Source of the DNA: Methanobacteriota archaeon
GTDB taxonomy: Archaea; Halobacteriota; Bog-38; Methanoflorentales; Methanoflorentaceae
Reading direction: 5' to 3'
DNA: 64,000 nucleotides
Assembly: GCA_963720465.1 (NCBI GenBank)
Contig: OY970393.1
Location: forward strand, 2,240,001-2,304,000
Shown here: positions 51,139-59,166 of the stretch, piece after piece
How the letters are laid out: each line of letters starts with the position of its first letter
Position numbering within the stretch: position 1 is the stretch's first letter
Translations under genes and position numbers: made by a program
The notes under the pieces: generated by a model
Databases searched by the model: none
The model's input: the letters and a program-made list of their open reading frames with translations, nothing else
What the model was told of the DNA's origin: nothing

Positions 51139-52188
51139 TTGGTTATTTCGAAGAAGAAGGATCAGAGGAAGATGAACATACACGTAGCCACGAAAAAACT
51201 CGTAGATCTCGGAATTCCTGGAAAGGAAAAGAAACGGGCTATTAGGAAGGCGGTGGAGAGCAGATCTGTTAAGAACAAAACCGCTGACGTCGAAAGCGCC
51301 ATTGAGAAGTATGTCGAGAAGACCCTCGTACGCTGGGCGTACACCGAGGAGATCATTACGAAACCGGAACGGCATAAAAACGAGAAGGGGCGGTTTGAAA
51401 AAGGAAGAGGGAAAAATTCGGATTGGCATGAAAAAGCAGTCTACGAAGCCGCTGCAGTGTGGGCAGTGCGTGATAGGGCGAAAAAAATAGCTGCTGAAGG
51501 TGGCAGAAAGAAAAAAACTCTCTCAGCAAAGGAAATTTGTGAAATAAGGAGACATGCCAAAGGCGTCTTCGTCTCCCCGTGTATGGAGTATGAACTGCCC
51601 CCAAACATTACAATCACTACACCAAACCCATCGTACATCTATGATTTTAAGGCGCTAACACCGAAGATAGTCGCTGACGCAGCGCTAAATGAGTTGGTGA
51701 TAGCGTGGATCGTTGCAACGGTAAAGGCTCAAAAAAAGCGGAAGATTTCAAAGCCCGCACAGGTTATTTTCAGGTGGCGTCACAACCCAGAGTACTACCC
51801 ATCGATAGATATTGGAAATATTATAGCGGCTTACGAAGGGCCTCAACCGCCTTCAAAAGAGTTTGAAGACTTTATACTGCAACACATGCCGGAAGAAAGC
51901 GAGATAAAAAAACTGGTCAATTTGCTTTATCAGAGGCGGATCGAAAGTTCAGATGCGGTCGATTTCATGCACGCCGGCAAGGGGAAGATGCACGCTAACG
52001 ATCCCGAAGAAGTCGAACACCAGTTCCTATTTGACGACATATACGTTAAGTCGACGGAATCAAACAGGGATGAGCTTGTAATCCTTCTTGACGGTCAAGA
52101 TAGCCGAATAAAAGCATTATATGCTCCATTTGAGCTCTATTCTCCTGATATTGAATATGGTCGTAAATATAGAGATCATCGCTACTAA
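51139..52188 (+). CDS. Hypothetical basic protein, divergent from the replication operon
   Basis: 349 aa ORF with no recognised motif. Confidence 0.6.
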   Translation: MVISKKKDQRKMNIHVATKKLVDLGIPGKEKKRAIRKAVESRSVKNKTADVESAIEKYVEKTLVRWAYTEEIITKPERHKNEKGRFEKGRGKNSDWHEKAVYEAAAVWAVRDRAKKIAAEGGRKKKTLSAKEICEIRRHAKGVFVSPCMEYELPPNITITTPNPSYIYDFKALTPKIVADAALNELVIAWIVATVKAQKKRKISKPAQVIFRWRHNPEYYPSIDIGNIIAAYEGPQPPSKEFEDFILQHMPEESEIKKLVNLLYQRRIESSDAVDFMHAGKGKMHANDPEEVEHQFLFDDIYVKSTESNRDELVILLDGQDSRIKALYAPFELYSPDIEYGRKYRDHRY

Positions 52189-52237
52189 CGTAAACCTAGC
52201 TTAGCGTAATATCCTTCTGATTGATAGTGGCAAATAG

Positions 52238-52357
52238 TCAGTCAGCCGACGAGTTGAAACAGACTTGTCTCCAGTATTTTTTACATACGTCATAGACGTG
52301 CCGGGCAGCGGATGCTTGTAGTGCTTCCAATCGACTCCGCTGACCCGTGCGTAGGAT
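52238..52357 (-). pseudogene. Integrase 3'-end relic D (most decayed, with indels)
   Basis: Translates to (ILTHG)VSGVDWKHYKHPLP-HVYDVCKKYWRQVCF. Confidence 0.88.
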
Positions 52358-52572
52358 CTAAAGGGTTTTCCTTCCTTCTTCTTCGTTCCCGCACCCTAAG
52401 TTTTTCCAAAAACATAGCGAAAGCGAGATAGCAAGGGCTAAGCATGAGTTTGCCTAGGCTCCAGCTTTGTTAATTTCCTAAAGAGATTTGCATGCGTTCG
52501 CCCACGCTTACAACGCAACTAATAACGTCTTGCCGGGCAAAGTTAAAAAAAATTTAGACTGCAAGAGTTAAT

Positions 52573-53598
52573 ATGCCCGCCATAATCAATGTCGAGCTCG
52601 ACCCTGAGAAAATATACGACACAGGAAAAAAGCTTCTCCAAGACATTTATGCAATAAAAACTGCACGTGCAGCTAAGAATGATAAAGACAAGATTGAAGG
52701 TTTCGAAAGAGGGATCAAAGAGCTTTCTATCACCAGTATTGAAATAATCACTTTTTTCGAATCTTCGACCAAGTTGCAAAACGAATTAATCGATGACCCG
52801 ACAGGCTTGGCAGAAAAGTTGCAGGCATCAGCAACTGCAGCCCTGCGCGAGCCACTGCGCAAATATGTAGACGAACGTTCTTCGCAAGAACAGCGACATT
52901 CTTTGCAACAGCAGGTTAATAAGTGGGTTCATATGCCGCCTGAGGCGTTACAAAGAGAACTCGAACTCACCGAACTTTTGACTTCTGGCGCCAATAAAGT
53001 CAAGATAGACGGCAAGAGTATCAAACCTGACCAATATTTAAAGAAACTAGCCAAAGAGACGACAACGCCACTGATCGCGGAATATGGAAACGTGGGCAGA
53101 CCGAGAAGTGAGACGCCAGAGATTCATTTTAAACTTATCGGCAAAGCTTACAGTTCGGAGCCAGTGAAGAGTTTGCTAATCATGGCAGCGACTGAAACAA
53201 ATGTGCCTGAAAAAGAGAAATTGTGTGAATTGGCAATAGATGAGTTTATCGTCACTTACGGGATCTTGCAAATGCAGCTACTACTAAAAGAGTGGCAAGA
53301 TAATGTCACACTGATTGGCAAGCTGATCGCAGAATTAGACAAGTCAACGCGCGAAAAAGTCGTTCATCAATTCATGCTAGATCATCCAGACGTTTACGAA
53401 AAATTCAAAAAGCTATACAACGATCTACAATTGGAAATTCCGAAAATCACTCTGCCGCTTTCAGCGACGGGCAATCGCGACGCGATCGTTTGGGAAGAGT
53501 GGAGGTTAATGGCCCTCATCGTTCAGTTCATGCAACACGTGAGACAGCATGCCGATTTTGTCAGCGAATCGATAACAAAAGCTAAAATTAACTCATAG
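52573..53598 (+). CDS. Hypothetical helical protein (cargo)
   Basis: 341 aa ORF. Confidence 0.65.
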   Translation: MPAIINVELDPEKIYDTGKKLLQDIYAIKTARAAKNDKDKIEGFERGIKELSITSIEIITFFESSTKLQNELIDDPTGLAEKLQASATAALREPLRKYVDERSSQEQRHSLQQQVNKWVHMPPEALQRELELTELLTSGANKVKIDGKSIKPDQYLKKLAKETTTPLIAEYGNVGRPRSETPEIHFKLIGKAYSSEPVKSLLIMAATETNVPEKEKLCELAIDEFIVTYGILQMQLLLKEWQDNVTLIGKLIAELDKSTREKVVHQFMLDHPDVYEKFKKLYNDLQLEIPKITLPLSATGNRDAIVWEEWRLMALIVQFMQHVRQHADFVSESITKAKINS

Positions 53599-53613
53599 GC
53601 TTCAAGGGTTTTC

Positions 53614-53646
53614 AAAGTGAGCTAGAGCGTACGATCTCACTTTTTT
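53614..53646. terminator. Hairpin/T-tract between convergent genes
   Basis: AAAGTGAG-N14-CTCACTTT followed by a T-run. Confidence 0.45.
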
Positions 53647-53684
53647 ACCGATCGCTCCCGGCAAAAAAGCGTCATTCACCACCT

Positions 53685-54056
53685 TCAATTTTCGCGTTGT
53701 TTAAGACCATCTTTAAATAATATAGCTTGAGTTAAGAAAGAGTCAGTTTTTTCACTTCTGTCTTCATAACTCGATGTAAGTCTTTCAATGTTCGGAACAT
53801 CACCTAGTCGGATGAGTTCGTTGATGCAAGTCGTCTCTTCTTTTCGACAGTTAGTCACCAATTTTATCAGCTGATCAACGATCCCAGCAATATCATCTAC
53901 TGGTGCTCCGCTCGCATCTAACTCATGTGCTTTCCTAAAAAGCGCCTTTCCTTCCTTTTGGGCTTCCATACACTTCGCTAGAGCATCTTGATAACGCTTC
54001 AGCCAAAATACGCGTTCTTCGTCGCCTTTCATTATGCCACCTTGCTGTATTTGCAC
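53685..54056 (-). CDS. Hypothetical helical protein (cargo; start likely ATG ~54032)
   Basis: 123 aa ORF with AGGTGG RBS-like sequence. Confidence 0.55.
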   Translation of the reverse strand: MQIQQGGIMKGDEERVFWLKRYQDALAKCMEAQKEGKALFRKAHELDASGAPVDDIAGIVDQLIKLVTNCRKEETTCINELIRLGDVPNIERLTSSYEDRSEKTDSFLTQAILFKDGLKQREN

Positions 54057-54162
54057 TGACTGCTTCGATAAAGCTTCCGACTAACAACGCAAAACAACTT
54101 CCGCGCACGAAGCTGTATGGCCAGATTGAGTTATAACTCGCATCGAACGTCGATAGGGGCCC

Positions 54163-54283
54163 CTACCAACTCTCGCACCCATTTATCAGGAAGTTGATTT
54201 TGCGCCACGACTGCATATACACGCCAAACACGTGCTCCGGCAGCGGATGCTTGTAAAACCGCCAATCGACACCCGATACCCCG
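54163..54283 (-). pseudogene. Integrase 3'-end relic C
   Basis: Translates to GVSGVDWRFYKHPLPEHVFGVYMQSWRKINFLINGCESW*. Confidence 0.9.
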
Positions 54284-54347
54284 GTAAGGCGAGTGGGAAT
54301 CTGCAAAAAGAGGTCGGTCACGTTCACTGTCTAACGTTCAAAGCGGG

Positions 54348-54941
54348 TTACCCCGGCTGACCCAAAAAGAGTTTAATTACAGCGACAATGAAAGTCAGCC
54401 CAGCGAAAGCTACCCCTATAAGTGGAACGACAAGCGGGAGATTGAGATTCCTTAAACGGCCGGCTGCCTTCCCTTCTCCGACGAGCTGCTGAGCTCCTAA
54501 CAATGCTAACGCATCTAGTGATCTTCCTTCATTTGTGAGCCGCATAGCATGGATTGCTAAATATTGTGCAGCTACAGAACACGTTAAACCGCTATTCCTA
54601 AGCTTCCCGGCGGTTGAACACAGATCAACATATTCATTATATATCGATAGGGTCGAGGGCAGAGGGAGCGCCGTTTTTTCAACAAAGCGCCTCGAAATAG
54701 CATCATTTTCGCGCCTCTGTTTGTTCCTTCTATCTATGTAAACAACTACAAGCGGAACGGTCAGTAAAATGCTTATCGCTATAATCGTTTCTAAAAAAAG
54801 TGCATTAGAAACGCTGAGTGCTATAGAACTAACCGTCGTTGCAAGTGAAACAAGTGTAGCGATTACCGCAATAATTACGGCCACCCAGCTAATTGCAACG
54901 CTCGCTTTAGAGCGGGTTGAACCGCGTCTGGCTTCATCCAT
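54348..54941 (-). CDS. Hypothetical membrane protein, ~3 TM (cargo)
   Basis: Two N-terminal and one C-terminal hydrophobic helices. Confidence 0.65.
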   Translation of the reverse strand: MDEARRGSTRSKASVAISWVAVIIAVIATLVSLATTVSSIALSVSNALFLETIIAISILLTVPLVVVYIDRRNKQRRENDAISRRFVEKTALPLPSTLSIYNEYVDLCSTAGKLRNSGLTCSVAAQYLAIHAMRLTNEGRSLDALALLGAQQLVGEGKAAGRLRNLNLPLVVPLIGVAFAGLTFIVAVIKLFLGQPG

Positions 54942-55092
54942 AACAACCGTTGCCTGTTGAAGCTTCGTAGCACTACTAAAAACTTGTGAAATGTTTTTTC
55001 GCCGCAGGCTGTTTCTAGCGAAAAATTTTGTTTGCTTGTCATGGCGCTAGTCTGGCCATTCCTGAGTTGATGTGCTGCACTATTTGACGCAG

Positions 55093-55320
55093 TCAATGTC
55101 GGTTTTTAAAACGGGCGAAATCTACCTCTTCCCAACTCTTCATATAAACATCATAGACGTTTTCTGGCAGCGGATGCTTGTAGTGCTTCCAATCGACTCC
55201 GCTGACACCGTGCGTCATAATATAAGCCCTGTTTGACTGATCCCACCCGATAGCATCGCCATGCTGTTCGCAAAACTTGCGAAGGTCGCCTAGCACGAAA
55301 TGCCCTTTGAACTGCGACAT
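55093..55320 (-). pseudogene. Integrase 3'-end relic B (longest, ~70 codons, open frame)
   Basis: GHFVLGDLRKFCEQHGD..WDQSN..YIMTHGVSGVDWKHYKHPLPENVYDVYM. Confidence 0.93.
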
Positions 55321-55440
55321 AAGGATTTGCTGCCGTTTGACACATCAAAAAAGAACCATGCCCTCCGTTGCGACGCGACAGCTGACTAGAAAGAACGCTT
55401 ATAAGGCTGCAAAACGCTCTTTTTTGCGGTGGTAATCCAC

Positions 55441-55908
55441 ATGTCAAAAATACTGGTTGTTTATGAGTCGAAGTACGGTAACACGAAGCGTGTGGCTGAA
55501 ACGATCGTACAAGGGATGCGGCAGGTTGAAGGAATAGACCCGACGCTTAGTGACATCACAGGAGTTGACCCCAACACCATCCTTAACTATGACGCAATTG
55601 TGATCGGCGGCCCGAATCATATGGGCGGCCCTACGAGAGGCGTCAAGAAGTTTATCGATAAAATAGGCAAGCTCTCGTTAGCAGACAAGAAATTCGCGGT
55701 ATTTGATACCTACGGTGGGGGGGATTTTGAAAAGGCAACAAAGAAGATGGAGCAAAGAATGCACGAAAAGGCCCCTGCGATGAAGGCGGTGGCTCCCGGC
55801 TTGTCTATAAAGGTCGACGGGATGAAGGGCCCCATTAGTGAAGGGGAGCTTCCAAAGTGCGAGGAGTTTGGAGCGCAGATAGCGATGCAGCTGAAGGCTG
55901 CAACTTGA
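55441..55908 (+). CDS. Flavodoxin (cargo)
   Basis: VYESKYGNTKRVAE, IGGP and FDTYG motifs. Confidence 0.9.
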   Translation: MSKILVVYESKYGNTKRVAETIVQGMRQVEGIDPTLSDITGVDPNTILNYDAIVIGGPNHMGGPTRGVKKFIDKIGKLSLADKKFAVFDTYGGGDFEKATKKMEQRMHEKAPAMKAVAPGLSIKVDGMKGPISEGELPKCEEFGAQIAMQLKAAT

Positions 55909-56033
55909 TCACGCGACAGTGCGCCTCTCAAGTTAATTGCATCTCTCCTCATCCACGGCCGCAACACCGGCAGGCCGCGAACGCGAAAAGAGTGGCACGG
56001 TGAGAGGGTTTCTTTGTAATTGCACCAAAGGAG

Positions 56034-56361
56034 ATGAAAAACGTGAAGATAGGTATTATGGTCTATTCAAACGACCCTGAGACCATATGGAACGCCTTTC
56101 GATTCGGCAACTACGCGGTGAACGAGGGTGAGAACGTAAGGGTCTTCCTGTTAGGGAAGGGCGTGCAGAGCGAATCTCTTGACACTGAACAATTTCAAAT
56201 CACTCAGCAAATGCGCTCGTTCGTCGAGAGGCGGGGCGATAGCGGCGTGCGAGACGTGCCTTAAAATCCATCACTTAGGAGGCTCGGAGCTATGCCCAAT
56301 ATCGACCCTGGCCGATTTGCACTCTCTCGTAGTCGAAAGCGACAGGCTTGTTATCTTTTAA
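56034..56361 (+). pseudogene. DsrE-family protein, frameshifted near 56235 (cargo)
   Basis: WNAFRFG...VFLLGKGV in one frame; ACETCL...CPISTL.DL in another. Confidence 0.78.
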
Positions 56362-56470
56362 ATAGATTAGCAAAGCGAGTGCATTTGTCTTAAGATATCA
56401 CTATTAAATCAAAAAACAAAAAATAACTGAACCTTAAGCGACGCACAAACTAGATTTAGTCTGCGAATGG

Positions 56471-56758
56471 GTGGGAGGTGAGACATTGCAGAGCGACGAA
56501 GAACTGATGAGGTTAGCTCGAAAACGCGCTGAAGAGAGGGTCGGATTCTACATACACTTCACGATTTACGTAGTGGTGAACCTTTTCCTCGTCGCCGTGT
56601 GGTGGTTTACCGGTGCCGGGTTCCCGTGGTTCGTCTTTGTGCTCGGTTTCTGGGGAATCGGATTAGTTGCACACGGCGCGAGCGTCTTTATGGGGGGTGG
56701 AATGACGGATAGGATCACTGAACGAGAATATCGGAAACTTAAACGAGGCAAGGAATAG
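56471..56758 (+). CDS. 2TM-domain protein (cargo)
   Basis: ARKR...GFYIH..IYVVVNL...PWF...WGIGL..H pattern. Confidence 0.85.
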   Translation: MGGETLQSDEELMRLARKRAEERVGFYIHFTIYVVVNLFLVAVWWFTGAGFPWFVFVLGFWGIGLVAHGASVFMGGGMTDRITEREYRKLKRGKE

Positions 56759-56779
56759 CGAGCGGCCTTTTTAACTGGG

Positions 56780-56864
56780 CTAAGCGCCGAGTCTCACATC
56801 TTTCCAGTACTTCATGCAGACGTCATAAACGTACTCTTGTAGCGGATGCTTGTAAAACCGCCAA
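56780..56864 (-). pseudogene. Integrase 3'-end relic A
   Basis: Translates to WRFYKHPLQEYVYDVCMKYWKDVRLGA*. Confidence 0.88.
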
Positions 56865-56903
56865 ATTTGTTTATAGCGGCTGAGACTACTTCATCGACAA
56901 CCT

Positions 56904-57410
56904 ATGCCAATGATTCAAGAATTGCTGTCAGATCACAGTGCCACCATTCGCGAGATAATCAATGATGCTGCGAACGCGTACAAAGGCGTCATCCCGGATG
57001 ACCGATGGAAAGAGCCCTACATGTCAGCTGAAGAACTCACCGATGAAATAGGAGCTGGCGTTCGATTCTACGGATGGATCCAAGACGGCTTGCTGCTCGG
57101 TGTCGCAGGTATTCAGCACTTAGGTGACGTTGATTTGATCCGACACTGCTATGTGCGCACCGAATGCCAGAGTCGCGGCATAGGTGGTGCCCTGCTGCAA
57201 CACCTTCTGAGTCTTGCACAGGCCTCTCTGATCTTGGTGGGCACGTGGGAAAACGCGTCGTGGGCAGTTCGGTTTTATGAGCGCCATGGATTCGCGTTGG
57301 TTACGCGCGAGGAAACGAATGCCCTCCTGCAAGAGTCCTGGAACATTCCAAGGCGGCAAGTCGAAACATCGGTTGTGCTTAAGAAAAGACTTCCAGATTC
57401 ACTGAACTGA
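56904..57410 (+). CDS. GNAT family N-acetyltransferase (cargo)
   Basis: YV...QSRGIGGALL and AVRFYERHGF motifs. Confidence 0.9.
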   Translation: MPMIQELLSDHSATIREIINDAANAYKGVIPDDRWKEPYMSAEELTDEIGAGVRFYGWIQDGLLLGVAGIQHLGDVDLIRHCYVRTECQSRGIGGALLQHLLSLAQASLILVGTWENASWAVRFYERHGFALVTREETNALLQESWNIPRRQVETSVVLKKRLPDSLN

Positions 57411-57500
57411 GAGTCTTAAGCATCAAAAATGATCTTCTGGCAGCGAAAAACCTCAACCCTAAACTCGCGTGAAAAAAACTTGTAAGCTTCATACTAGAGG

Positions 57501-58532
57501 TCAGACTTTGAAGTTTACATCCCTCCAATACTGCATGTAAGCGTCGTAGACGTGCTCAGGCAACGGATGCTTGTAAAATCGCCAATCGACTCCGGAGACG
57601 CCGTGTGTGAGAATGTAGTTCTTGTTGCTTTGATCCCATTGAATGATGTCGCCATGCTGCTCAGCGAATTTGCGAAGGTCACCGCAGACGAAGTGCCCGC
57701 CATTCACTAAAGGAATTTTTTTCCTCCTCGCCCATTTGTCGAAGTATTCATGCGCAAATATGCGGGTGTCGTCTTTTCGATTTCTGCCGTCTAGAAGCGG
57801 TGTCACAGCGTCAACAACACAAGGGTGTAATGGCACATAGTGCTGCATCCTGATTTTATCCTGTTGCGGCAGCACGTCAAGCACCGAAGGATCGCGCCGT
57901 AGAGCGGCCTGAAACTGCCCGACGGTCAGTTTGCGGATGGTGGCGAGAGGGCGTTGCCCTGTGTATGCACTGAACAAAACAAGAGCCGTGTAGTTTTGGC
58001 GCTGTCGCGCGGTAAACTCATGGTTTTGACCGCCTTCTTCTATAGCGGATAGCAAATTTTTGATATCCTGTATCGTTGCAATACGTTGTGTTATCCGTTT
58101 GCTTTCCTTGACCGTTTTAGGCATCTCTAAAAACAGGTCAAACTCCTTATATCGCGTGTCGAACCGCGTCTTCGTGAGATAACGTAGGAACGCTTTGGCG
58201 AAGTTCAGCATCTTACGTTTTGAATAGATGCCCGTGTATTTGGTGAGAACGAATTCACGGAACGCTTCTATTCGTGCTTTGTTTATCACGCCCTTCGTGA
58301 CGTTCCAAAACGTCACCGAACACTTGTTAATCCATGGAATAGTCGCCGCAGTCACGCCTATACATCGAAACGCAGTGTAATCAGTGAGTTCTTCCTCTCC
58401 GTACTCAAGTTCGAGCGACATCAGGGATTGGTGATGCCGCTGGTCGGGTGTCTTCGGTTCCTGCTCTTCTGTGCTCGCACAAGTAAGCTCATTCTTGGGT
58501 TTATATTCAAAAAGCCGCCCTGTGGAGGCCAC
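57501..58532 (-). CDS. Integrase C-terminal catalytic fragment (intC), tyrosine recombinase
   Basis: YTGQR (R), DK, DLRK, THG and FY (Y) motifs; begins inside att. Confidence 0.9.
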   Translation of the reverse strand: MASTGRLFEYKPKNELTCASTEEQEPKTPDQRHHQSLMSLELEYGEEELTDYTAFRCIGVTAATIPWINKCSVTFWNVTKGVINKARIEAFREFVLTKYTGIYSKRKMLNFAKAFLRYLTKTRFDTRYKEFDLFLEMPKTVKESKRITQRIATIQDIKNLLSAIEEGGQNHEFTARQRQNYTALVLFSAYTGQRPLATIRKLTVGQFQAALRRDPSVLDVLPQQDKIRMQHYVPLHPCVVDAVTPLLDGRNRKDDTRIFAHEYFDKWARRKKIPLVNGGHFVCGDLRKFAEQHGDIIQWDQSNKNYILTHGVSGVDWRFYKHPLPEHVYDAYMQYWRDVNFKV

Positions 58533-58785
58533 GACGCGGGTTCGAATCTCGCCCTCGGCCTTTGATTTTCTCTCTTGGCGCTGCCGAGCTAGTGGTTTCG
58601 CAAAATTGCTGTGTCAGCGCGTCTATCTTTGACTCTAAAGACTCAAGACGTTTTTCTGTAGAGGCGTGGTCTTTCGCTGTATGCATGAGGGTATCTACTG
58701 CCTCACTCAACGTTTTTCCTTCACATAAGGCACGGGCTTTTAAGGCTGAATAAACATCTTCATCAAGGCGGACCATCTTCGACAT
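58507..58785 (-). CDS. Second intN-like ORF (RHH/antitoxin-like segment plus coiled coil) reading into att
   Basis: KMVRLDEDVYSALK...KTLSEAV; RLESLESKI coiled coil; GRDSNPR across att. Confidence 0.7.
   Translation of the reverse strand: MSKMVRLDEDVYSALKARALCEGKTLSEAVDTLMHTAKDHASTEKRLESLESKIDALTQQFCETTSSAAPREKIKGRGRDSNPRRGLHRAAF
58517..58573 (+). repeat. att site (right copy; 3' half of tRNA-His plus 13 nt)
   Basis: Identical to 36611-36667. Confidence 0.96.
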
Positions 58786-58931
58786 GATGTATGCGTCCTA
58801 TATGCGTTGCGTTTGTCGTCGTTGTTGCGTTACTTGCCGCCTGATTGCTGCTAGTTGATGATGTGCAACCTGCTATTGCTAAAGAGGTAACCATCACAAG
58901 CACGATAATAGCTAACAACTTTTTTTTCCAT
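58786..58931 (-). pseudogene. Truncated lipoprotein 5' end
   Basis: MEKK(A8 frameshift)LLAIIVLVMVTSLAIAGCTSS. Confidence 0.55.
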
Positions 58932-59166
58932 ACACGTCACTCTCTGAGGGGAAAATAAATCAAAAGCGTAAAAAGGCGGCGCGATAGCTTAAGTGTTGTC
59001 GTTTTGCTGCGGTCAGTTTCCCGCATCGATGAAAGGATTTGTTACGCGTGGACTCGCCGTAATACGAGCTAATTACAACAACGTTTATTAGAAAAGAGCG
59101 TAAAACTACTCAGTTTCAAAAATAGGCGGCCGTAAACTATTGCCGCTAAGTAGCTAGGAGGCGACC

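Larger units (their letters stand above)
36611..58573. mobile_element. 21.9-kb integrated element (plasmid/satellite-like) in tRNA-His with SSV1-type split integrase
   Basis: 57-bp identical direct repeats at both ends; intN and intC at the two ends; primase-helicase, ParB and cargo inside. Confidence 0.92.

Noticed and set aside
53614-53643. AAAGTGAG...CTCACTTT as an eighth site of the 17.6-20 kb recombinase motif
   Set aside because: Only an 8-9 bp match, 33 kb away, and adequately explained as a terminator hairpin between convergent genes.
36611-58573. Complete provirus
   Set aside because: No recognisable capsid, portal, large terminase, tail or packaging ATPase genes.
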